Positions 43,401 to 55,400 of a DNA stretch of 64,000 nt are shown one piece after another. Numbering within the stretch: position 1 is the first letter of the stretch; every line of letters begins with the position of its first letter. The notes under the pieces are model-generated. The model was not told where the DNA came from. It worked only from the letters and a program-made list of their open reading frames with translations, and made no database searches. The translations under genes were made by a program, and so were the position numbers. Source of the stretch: Podarcis filfolensis (taxonomy: Eukaryota); the NCBI GenBank assembly GCA_964270895.1, contig OZ185435.1; one strand, written 5' to 3'.

Positions 43401-46400
43401 AAATCTGTAGAAACCTCCTTCTTTCAATCCTGCCAAAACAAACTTGGTCCCTCTTATTTCTTTATCTTTTGCCTGAAAACAAAAAGAAATTTTGTGTCTT
43501 TGGTGGAATCTACACACATGTTAAAGACGCTGTGGAAATGCTTTTCTAAAAAACGTTTCAAAAAATACATTGGATTTTGCATAGCTCACTGGCACCATCT
43601 AGTGTCACGCTTGTATATTGCACTTTACAACACAAAACGTTTTATTTGCAGCTGTGTACCTGAGTCCTTTCATTCCTTCCTCCTGAACCTCCTTACTTCA
43701 TGCCTCTCCCCACACCACATCACTTACCTCCCTCCCTTATCTTTCACTCATGCTACCATTAAAAGCCACCTACGGGGAAGGGGAACAATTGGTTTTTGCT
43801 GCTTCTAGGCCACACAGATGAGTTGGTAGCCCTTTCAGTGAGTCGGTATGTTCCTCAGTATGTTCAGTTATGGAATCGACATAATGTTTCAAATAAATTT
43901 TCAAAGGCAGCATTTCACCTACCTTTTCCCATTCTTCTTTCCCTTCCTCTTTAAATTCAACAAGGTAACCAGTGACTTTAGAACCACCATCTTTTAATGG
44001 AGGAGTCCATTCAAGGTCAACGGAAGATTTTGTCCAATCAGTAACTTTTGGAAATGGAGGACCAGGTGGAGCTGGGGGGGAAAAATTATTGCACCATTCT
44101 GTCACAAGACTGTGTATTTATTATTTCTCAAACATATACCATCTATACCATCTTTTATTATATTTCCCCCTTTCACACCAAATAAATAAATAAATAAATC
44201 TTAATTACTTACAGATTGGGTCTCTTGCAGTTATTGGGTCAGACGGCATGCTTGGCGGTCCAACACCGGCGGCATTAATAGCATAGACACGGAACTGGTA
44301 ATCTGAACCTTCAATAAGGCCAGGTACTTTGTAAGAAACTCCCAATGTCATAGGTTTAATAGGATCACGGTTAACCCGTGTCCATCTCTTTCCAGTGGTC
44401 TCTTTACGCTCCAGCCAATAACCCGTCACAGGGGAGCCTCCATCATATTCTGGCTCCTCCCAGTTGACGGTCATCGAGTCATGTGTGACACTGCTGACTG
44501 TTGGTTTGTCACAAATTCCAGGAACAGCTAGGGAATAAAGTAAAGAATAGAGTAAAGCAAAGCGCTGGGGGCCACATAGACCACTTATGTATGGTATTTA
44601 TGCTATAGCCTTCATTTGAAGTTTCCTCTCCCAGTCTTTCATTAGCCCCTATAGAAACAACCTTTGTGAAGTAAGTAGGGCAGGGCTATACAAAGTCCTC
44701 CTTTCTCTTTGTTATACCTGTCAAGTCCTAGAATCCTGTGCTAGAGCCATGGCTGAGCCTCTTCAACCTGAAAAGCCCTTTTTACAATAGCTCTGCCCCA
44801 AATGCCAGCATTTTGTATTTCTTGGAATAGCGGAGCTGATGAAGGGTTCCTTTGCCACAGCACTGTGCTTCATTGTGTATAGCAGAGCACAAGATCACAC
44901 TGATAATTGAACGTTTTATTATTTTATGGTGAAGAAAGGCAAAGATACGGTCTATCCTGTGCTAAATACAATCTAAAATGATATAAGTACAGATTCAATA
45001 TTTAACATTTAAAACAGGTATGGTTTTAAGATGAAACAGAAAAAATAGCCATAAAAGATCTATTTTGGAAAAGCTTTAAAAAACTATTAGAGACATTTTA
45101 GCCATCCAGAAGATTAAAAAAAATAACAATTTTAACTTGGGGCTCTCAAGCTATCTAATCAGATTACTTATGTTTTGCTTTGCCAATAAATATAAGCGCA
45201 GGTGATATTTGAGATAACTGTATACTTACTGAATAGATTTCTGGCAGTTTCAGGTTCACTATCAAGAGGTTCCCCAACGCCATATTTATTCTGTGCCATG
45301 ATGCGGAAGATGTATTCATGCCCTTCTAGTAGTTTGGGTACTGTGAAGATGCATTCTTTAGGTTCGTTGGTAACATGGACCCAGGTCCTTCTGTTTGCTT
45401 CCCTTTTTTCAATAACATAGTTAGTTATCTTAGATCCACCATCATCTTTAGGAGGAAGCCAAGAAATTGTCATCTGATCGGCAGAAATAGATTCAAATTT
45501 AATGGGTCCTTCTGGTGGTCCAGGGCGACCTGAAAAATACATTTTATAAAGCATTAATTGTTATCAAAGTTGAGTGTTATATTGTTGTGGTTGGCATCCA
45601 GCTATCTCAGGAGGAAATGGAAGAGTTTGCCTTCAGGGATGAAGCCAAACTATTGGAGAGTTACGGCGCCTGCTGTGGCTGCAGAGACTGATAACAGGAG
45701 AGACATGTTTTGAACATTATATAACAAACAGTAAATTAGGTTGCAAATGCAAAAATACATTGATATTTACCTAGCACATTCAGCCTCATCTCCTTTGAAT
45801 CTGTTCCAAAGTTATTGACAGCAGTTATAGTGTACAAGCCTGTGTCTTTTCTGCGAGATTGCTGTATCAGCAAAGTACAGGAATTTTCATCCACAATCTT
45901 GTTTACATGTTGGTCATATAGCACTGGCAATTTGTCATCAGGTTTCTTAGGATGAGCTTTGACCCAAGTCAATGTCGGGAAGGGGACGCCCTTTATTTTG
46001 GCTACAATCTTGATATCTGTCCCTTCTTCTGCCTCCATAAATTCTTTGAGTTCAATAGACGGAGGGCCTACAAACAAAAGCAAGCAAAAATTATTGAGCC
46101 ACTATGAATGCAGAAGTCAAAATGCTTTGCATTGCAGGCACATGATGTCTGCAGCCCTGTGCGGGGTAGACCGTGGAAATGAACACAAGAGATTGATATT
46201 GGGTTGAATTAGGCCACAACTTCCTTCAGTACAGATATGAGTAGGTTTGGCTAAGGCAATGGGCATGTATCCATCATCAGTCAACCTACGTGCTGGCTGA
46301 TAAGAGACCCAATGGGGGATGACCCTGTGCTGGGGAGTTGCCCCCAACATGGACTGGGTGCCACGACAGGGCATTATTGCAAGAGGCATATTGGCCTATC

Positions 46401-49400
46401 ATGTGGGCTCTCAGACAGAGTCACCCCTCCTGGACCCCTTTAGCGGGGTACCTGTTCAATGTAGGATTCAGCCCAATGTGAGGAGGGCATTGCCATGTGA
46501 CCATCCCTTTGCCTGGCTGTGTGGGAAGATAGCAGATCTCCTGGGACTGGCCCACGGCCGCGCTGTGTAACAAAAACACTGCTCCCCCAGAGCCCCAGTT
46601 GAGCGGATATTTGAAGTGCAATAACTACTAATGCTTTGCAGCACTTACATGTCTGATCTTTGACGACGACTGGCCCAACAGTAGCTGACGGTCTGCTTGG
46701 ACCTGCTTCATTCACTGCTTTCACTCTGAATTCATATTCGTCGCCTTCTTTAAGGTCTTCAACAGTAAACTTTGTTTCTTCCACATCCCGTCTATTGCAC
46801 TGTCGCCAGGCTTCCTTCCCTTCACCAGTACGGTCCCAGCGAAGGCACTCCACATTATAATGTGTTACGGGAGCACCGCCGTCATTCTTTGGAGGTTTCC
46901 ATGTCAAGCTTACCGTGTTCTTTGTTATAAGACCAATCTTGAGTTTGATAGGTGGGTCTGGAGGATCTGTGTGTTGTTGTTTTTTTTTTTAAAAAAGGAG
47001 CAGAGTAAAATGTAAGTACTGCCCTACAATAAAGTATCATTAGTAAAAACAAATGTCCCACTTTGCTACGCCCTTAAAGTATTTACGTATTTATTTTCAA
47101 AGAACCTGCAATCCAATATCTGCTGAGGAATGATACTCCCCAAACTACTGAGATTGTTTCAGGATATTTAGCTGAGATTTTAAAAGTCAAATTTAAAACT
47201 ATTTAATTTTCTTAACGGTGGCTACTGAGTCTTTCATATGTTTTATGTGTTTAATATGTCTGGATTGCCAATGTTTTATGGAAGGTTTTCTTACTCTTTT
47301 ATGATTTTCTTGTCTAAATTTTGCCAATAAAGGCTGAATGAATGCATGAATGAATGCCCCATTTTGATTTAACTTACGGATTGGATCCCTCGCTGTGGTC
47401 CTTTGAATTGTATCTGCTGGGGGTCCAACACCAAAGCGGTTTTCTGCACGTACTCTGAAGAAGTATTGTTGCCCAGCTATGAGATCAGGAATAACCAATG
47501 ATGTGCCAGCACAGTTGGGATTAACTTTTGTCCAGGCTTTCCCTTCAACAGTTCTTTTCTCAATAATATAGTTTCTGATTCTGTCTCCACCATCATTGTC
47601 CGGCATTTTCCATGAAAGTTTACAGCTGCATCTTGTTATGTCACTTACTTTCAGGTCTTTTGGTGGCCCTGGAACATCTATTTCATCATGAAAACAGATT
47701 GGAAAAATCATTATATGGGGTTTTACAGTATATGAACTTTTGTATCACAAAATTAGTGAAATGGTGCAATATTAAGATTGATTAGTCTTACCTAGGACAT
47801 TCACCCTGACATTTACAGTTTTCTGTCCTGCTTTATTCTTTGCTGTAATACTGTATTTTCCAGAATGACCTCTGTTACATGTAGGGATAGTAATCACTGA
47901 TGTGGTATCAGTTGATTCCACCTGCACAAACCAAAACAAACTTACTTAGCAATAATAATTAAAAAAGGACTTGAAAAATGCAAATATTAGAAGCAAAATA
48001 AGTGAATTCAAATATAAGCTATTTTTTACCGTTGCATCTTCAGGTATGTTATGTCCATCCTTTAAATAAAGAAGAAATAGTAAATACACACACAAAATAC
48101 TTTAGCATGAAGTTTTTAACAGTTTACTTTGTTTTGTCACTGACCTTTACAGCTTTCTTTGCATCTCCTTCAAATTCCCAAGTTACTTTGGGAACAGGAC
48201 GTCCCTTAATAACTGCTGGAATTCTGATTGTTGTACCAGTACGGCAAGAGAGTAAGTCTTGTGCTCCAACATCAATAAATATTTCTGGCTCCTCTGCAAA
48301 ATACAAATAATATATCATATAAATAATATAGTCAGAATTCATCTACCTGTCACATAAGTTCTCTAATAGAGTAAATTTATGCATGTACAGTAGACTCAGT
48401 AGTAAGTCTTGCTGACATTGATGGATCTTTCTTCCGGGTAAATGGGTAGGCTTGCAGCCTCAGTTGTGTATTATTCTCTTGATGATAAACAAAGATATCA
48501 AGATATATACTTGTTTGAAATGTATACTGCCCTTTAGCAAAGCTTTACAAAAACATGACAACATATAACACCAAAATATAATAAATTAGAACAATACATG
48601 AAACACCCTAGTAAAAAAACAAAAACAAAACCCTTGCTGGCCCCAAATCCATAACAATGTTGGTGTCAGGTGGGCTTTCTGAGGTGAGAATTCTATGAAT
48701 TGGTGCCACCACTGAGAAGGATCTCTCTTTGATCACTATCTGCCTTAACTCATATGGCAGGGACACTTTGAGAAGAGTTCCTTCTCAAATGTATGCAGAA
48801 TAATCTAGCTCCAGCTTCTATTGCTATCAGATTGATGTTGGGATTTCCCTTGTACCCATAACACCCCCCCCAATAAGTTTTCTTCACTCTTGAAAACTCT
48901 AACGTTTCAAGGAATGGACAGCCATTCCTGCATTTCAGTTTTCAAATCCTTTTATTTTTCTATGTCTACACGTTCGAGTGGAAATAATTATTTCCAACAA
49001 TCCTTACCTTGAACTTCCTTGCATGGTATTTCTCCAGTGCAAAGGCTTGGCTCGGATTCCCCTGCAGCATTTACAGCCTTTACTCTGAATCTGTACTTTC
49101 TGAGCTCTTTCAGATTGGGTACAACACAATCGCAGGTAGGGAACAGCTTGTCCGGTTCGTTCACACTCTTCCAATCTAAACTACCTTCTTCTTGCATTTC
49201 GACGATATATCCTTTAATAGGACTGCCACCATCTTTTTGTGGAGGTTTCCATGCAAGAGATATCGTTGAGTTGGTTCTGTCTTTGACATCTGGGCATGAT
49301 GGTGCTCCAGGAGGATCTATTGAGAAAATGCAAAATGTACTGCCATGAGGACTATGCCTCCCTTGTTCCATTGCACAACACCCCTTCAATGAAGTGAATG

Positions 49401-52400
49401 GAAAGTCTATCAACTATACAGTATTTCATTGCACAAAATTAGGAACATTTGCTATTTATCATGATAATAGGCACTTATAAAATGAAGCCTAACTCATTAA
49501 ATATTTGACTTCAAATGCAGAGCTCTTGCACTGAAATCACAGAACCTCTATCAAATCAGGTTCAGGACAAATTGAACAAAAATTACAAAGTTGGCATTTT
49601 GTGTTACTTATTGCTTCCTTGTCTTTATACTTACAGATTGGATCTGCAGCTTCACAAAGATCTGATGGCTCACTGGGAGGGCCAATTCCAGCAATATTCA
49701 CAGCCATAGCTCGGAACTGGTATTTCACACCTTCAATCAAACGCAGCACATTGTATTCCAGTCCTTTCACTGCTGGTTTTGTCACTGGAGCTCTGTTGAC
49801 ACGCGACCAGTAGACACCTCCTTCTTCTTTCTTTTCCAGCCAATAGCCAGTAATTGGAGCTCCACCATTGTCTAGTGGAGGTGTCCATGTTACCAGCATT
49901 GATGACCTGGTGTGTTCTGTAACCTTTGGTTTTCCAGGGGGTCCAGGAAGACCATAAGGATCCTTAATAACTACCTTTTCGGAAAGGCATTCGTCACTTG
50001 TCCCAAACCTGTTAACGGCCCTCACTCTAAATTGATATTGTCCATTTGTTGCCAGTTTATAGACCTGAAAAGTAAAAGAAACATGATACATTATTATTTT
50101 TTAAAATCAGTTTCATATCAATTCCCTGTGTTGTTTCCAGGACTTTAAACAAAGAATAGCCAAAGGTCACCTCACAAAGGAGGGCAACAAAGGTAGTCAG
50201 TGGTATGGAAAACAAGACTTAGAAAGAAAGGATGAAGTAATTGGGTTTGTTTAACTTGGTGGGGAGATGTCTGAAGGGGGGCATGTCAACATATTACAAA
50301 TACCTGAGGAAATGTCATACAGAGGGCATAAACATCTAGATCTCATAAGCTAAAGGAGGGCACGTTTCAGGTGAACATTAGGAGAAACCTCTTAAAAGTT
50401 TGACAATGGAGTCAATGAACATTGGGTTCTTCTTCACTGGAGGTCTTAAGCAGAATCTAAACAGCCATCTGTTGGGAGTGCCCAGGTTCTCATTTTCCTG
50501 CACTGAGCAAGGGATTTGACTAGGCAGACCCCTCAAACTCAAAAAGGACCCATCCAACTGTTTGATCCTAAGATATGTGTAAAACCAATTCTCGGAACTG
50601 GTTTTAGTGTATTTTGGATGTTTTCCGTGCAGTTAGATGCTATCATATGGACATCTTAAGACAGTTCTTGAAAAAATCACCTGCATGTTGCTGTGATGCT
50701 TAACAACTCTATACATCATTGGCATATCTGCACCAACTGCTACTAACCCAACTCTGAAGGGAGTGAAGTATCATTCAATACAGAATATAGGAATACCTAT
50801 TTTGGCATTAAATGGAAGGCAGACGTAAAAATAGGAAATCTGGAAGATGAACAGTGTTAACATTCAGCTCAACAATTTTATAAATGGTCATTTCTCATTT
50901 AAAGACTATTCCTTTCGCCTATGAAATCAAGATTGAAGCATTACCCCAAATCGCCTATCCACAACAGTGCTGGATACTTCCTCCCAGTCAGACTTCTTTT
51001 TACTCGCATCACGCTTCTCAAGAATGTAGTGTGTAATCTCACTGCCACCATTATCGAGTGGGGCATCCCAAGTCAAACAGCAAGATTCAGCTTTAATATC
51101 CGATACGGTGAGATTTCTCGGTGGAGAAGGACGATCTAAATAAAACCAATTTAGTATTGTGTTATGGTAGAAATAAAGTAAGAAAACTTTGGCCGTTTAA
51201 GCAAGAAGCTAGATACATACCAAATACTTCAACGTGAACATTGCGGTATGCGGTGCCAAGACGATTAGAAGCTGAAACTGTGTAAGTGCCTTTATCATTC
51301 CTGACTGCTGCAGGCATGCTGAGTTCAGTTTTCGCCTCTGTTCTACTTGTTTCCTTTTTGGTGATCTTAAGGGCATCTGATGTTTTATCAATAACAACGT
51401 CATCTTTAGACCATTCAATCTTTGGCATTGGAAGACCTGTCACGTCTGCTGGAATGTTGACCGGTTGCCCTGCCATAACTTTGATAGTATCTCCTCTAAC
51501 AGATAGACGCAATGTCACTGTGGGAGGTTCTGAAAAAAGGAAATCAATGCAAAAGCGATTAACCGTGTAATTTTCAAAAATATAGTGAGACACCAAATGT
51601 TCACATCTATAGGTAAAGTGTACACATTTATATTAAAGAGCCTCACCTTCATCATCCTGTACGACTACATTAAGGGGCAGTGATGGTTCACTTTCTCCAA
51701 TCTCGTTGACAGCCTTGACTCGGAACTCATACATATGCAGCTCAGCAAGATTGTCCACAAGAAGGGATGTAGTTGGACAGAGTCTCTTATTGACTCTTTC
51801 GAATTCATTTGAGTCATGTCTTCTTTTGTCAACAATGTAGCCGATGATGGGGCTTCCGCCATCATTACGGGGAGGCTTCCAGTCAAGTGTAACAGAGTTT
51901 TTTGTTCTCTCTGTGTACATGAACCTCTCAGGAGCAGTTGGAGGACCTGTTGCGGCAAGAATGAAAAATGATGAGTTAAATTTGAAAAATAAACCCTTGT
52001 TTTTTGACGTCATGTTTACTGTGCAGCAGTTTCACCAGCAAACAAGGTAAAAATGCATCGTTTTATTTATTTCGGTTTATATCCCCCTGCCTCCAAGGCT
52101 AGGGACATGCAACATGCTATTTAAAGAGGAGGGAAGCTCTGCAGATGTTTACTGAAACCCACCTCTCCATCCTCAGTTTAAAACTGCCATTAAATACTAA
52201 ATTAAATGGGACAATGCTATACTAACTCCAAAATGCATTGGTGCGACTCCAGTGAATTGCTGGAAGTGGGAAAGAGGTGTGTGGAGAAATTGGACTTTGT
52301 AAATCTAGAGCAGCTACAGAAAAGTTTTACATCAGAGCATCTTCGCATGCAACATTTTGTCCTTGTAGGATTATTTTCTTTTTTTTTAAAAAAAAGTATT

Positions 52401-55400
52401 TCCACACAGAAATGAACATGGGAAGCACTAGGTTTTCAGTTATCCCGACTCTAGAAAAGTTCTCTTTCAAGAAACTGACATGTTCTGGGTTCAACTGCAA
52501 GAATGCGCGCGCGCGCACACACACACACAGAGTGTTGTGATGATAAAGGATATAAATATATATTTTGAATGGTGTTAAAAGTTGAAATTACGGGAGGGGG
52601 ATCCTCTGTTCCAAAGTGTTCTGATGGTTTTTATCAATACAAGAAGTTTTACCTTTGGGGTCAACAGCAAGGAGAGGTCCCAGTTCAACAGGTGGTCCAC
52701 AGCCAAACTTGTTCTTGGCGAAGACACGGAACTTATATTCTTGTCCTTCAACAAGACCTGTTATATCACACTTAGATCTGTCTGTATCTACGGCTAGTCT
52801 CCATGTATGCATTTTGGCATCTTTCCTCTCTACAAGGAAACCTATGATCTCACTTCCTCCATCATCTTTGGGATCATCCCAGTTAAGTAGACACATCTTT
52901 CTATTTACCACCACAGGATGCAAGTCAGTAACCGGTCCAGGAACATCTGGAAAAGAAGACATGAGATGTAATTCAAGAACGCCAAATACTTAGTATATTC
53001 ATCATTTCACTCTATGTAGCATTTCTTACCAAATATTTCTGCTCTGGTTGCAGCAAATTTAGAACCACTTTCGTTGGTGGCAGTAATCACGTATCTTCCA
53101 TGGTCTTTTCTGAGTGCATTTTTGATAAACAGCTCAGATGAAGTGCCAACATTTTCAATCACAACTCGCTCTTTGTCAACATCTGCATCCTCTAAAGTCC
53201 ACACAATTGTAGGGGTAGGTCGTCCAGTAACAACAGCAGGGAGTTTAAGAGCTTGACCTGCCAATATCTGAACTCCTGCCCTGACAGAAATATCAAATTC
53301 AACAGTGGGAGGCTCTGTATAAGGAAAAAGAGAGAGAATTGATTAATTTACAATCCCACAAACTATTTCACATTAGATTTCATTTTAAATTACATAATCA
53401 CAGTACCTTGAGGCTCTGCAACTGTTACAGGCTCTGTTTCTCCAGGAGGTCCTTCCCCAGCAACATTAAGGGCGGTAATACGAAGTTTGTAATCTGCACC
53501 TTCTCTAATTCCTTTAACTATATAGCTCCGAACCTTAATAGGTCTTTCTGTGCAGCGAGACCATTCATTTGAGCCGACAAAATTCTTGTAAACATGGTAG
53601 CCAGTGATTTCACTACCCCCATTGTATAGCGGAGCGTCCCATTCAACTTCAATAGATGTTGAGCTTGTATCAACAATTCTTGGAACAGGTGGGCCAGGAG
53701 GCACTAAAAGAAAAAATACATATAAAGAGAGATGAATAGACTGAAAACTTCCCTTTTCAAACTAAGGGATAATATTATCTATCTAACAACTTACATATTG
53801 GGTCTTGTGCAGTTTTAGGATCTGAAGGGGGACTGAATTTCCCAAGGCCAGCTGCATTTTCAGCACAAACTCTAAAAACGTAAGTTAGACCTTCTAAAAG
53901 TCCTTCAACTCTAGTTTCCAGGGCATTCACACGCTCTTTGTTCACACGGGCCCAGTGGGTTCCATTGATTTCACGCTTTTCAATCCAGTATCCCAAAATG
54001 GGGCTACCATTGTCTTTAGGCTCATTCCACTTAACCAACAGACTACTGCTAGTTGGATCCTCTACTAGAGGTTTATCAGGTGCATCAGGAGGACCTATAA
54101 AAAGAGGATATGCAAATGTTAGTGGAGCTTACCAAATCATACAGAAATTTAATTTGTTTAATGCCTCTAATTTTCTCCTCCACCATATCTTTACTTGGAG
54201 GCTTCAGTTGCAATATGCAGCCTGATCTTATTCACAGTTACTTGAAATGAAGTCCCGTGATTTCAGCTGTACTTACTCCCAGGTAAATGTGTCTAGGATT
54301 GCAGCCTGAGAGCTACTAAATTAGCTGTTACATGTATTTTTCTTTACTACACAAAGGGGGCAAACTGGGATGAAAAATGGGGGCAGGGGCAGTTAGTTTG
54401 GTTCTCCCAGCATGCCTTTAAGTGAATTCAGAACCCCTTGTGAGTAGTAAAGTTTAGCTTGGTCCCTGGAAAGCCACATCCCAATAAAACGAAACTGCCT
54501 TCATGATATGTAAATATTATCTCTGTGTTATACCCTAAATGTGTAGATGCGCATGCTTGAAAGTTGTAGAGAGTGAGGGTGGGTTTTGTGTATATGGAAA
54601 GACTTAAAGAAAATGTGTGTTTTTCACAGTTCTTCTTTTTCCGCTTTTTATGTACAAATTCATCTGCAATTTATTTTACTGGTGGATTATTTAAGCATTT
54701 GCTTTTGTCAATGATGATCTTACCAGCTCAGTGTACCCATATATCTCAAGGATTTATTATTTGTAATTACCACCCACTTCACACACTTTAAGACACAAGG
54801 AGAGAACAGAATAGAAAAGTCTGATATGGCAAGTTTTACAGTCAACTAGCATGGATTGTCTTAGCTTTTTCTTTTTCTTTTTAGGATGTTGCACTCAGAT
54901 GCAACAATCAGCAAATGTAATTTAGCCATTTCCTTCTGCAAGGTTTTTCTGCTGGGTTATTATAGAATTAAAGTTTTAATGTTAAAGTACAATATGAGTG
55001 TAAGGTAATAATGATGATGATGGCAGTGCCTTTTGGGAAAAATGAATGAAGCACATATTTAGATAGAGTACAAGACTTACTGAATGGATCTTGAGCTACA
55101 ACAGGTTTTGAAAGACATGGAGGTCCAGGTCCTACTCTGTTCTCAGCTTTCACACGGAATATGTATTCCTTTCCTTCAATAAGTTTAGGCACATTATATT
55201 TGCAATGCCTAAGCGTTGAAGTAACGGTAACCCAGCCAATGTCGGATTTTGTGTTGTCTTTCTTTTCAAGGACGTAGTTCAATATTTCACTTCCGCCATC
55301 ATCAAGAGGAGGCTCCCACTTGCAAGTGATGCTATTTTTACGAACCTCCTCAAAAACAAAGTTGACCGGTGGTCCAGGTGTATCTGTTTTGAAAACAAAA

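Noticed and set aside
51485-51505. RGD motif in Ig A11 (VRGDTIK)
   Set aside because: Titin is intracellular and the motif lies in a beta-strand region; no reason to infer integrin binding.
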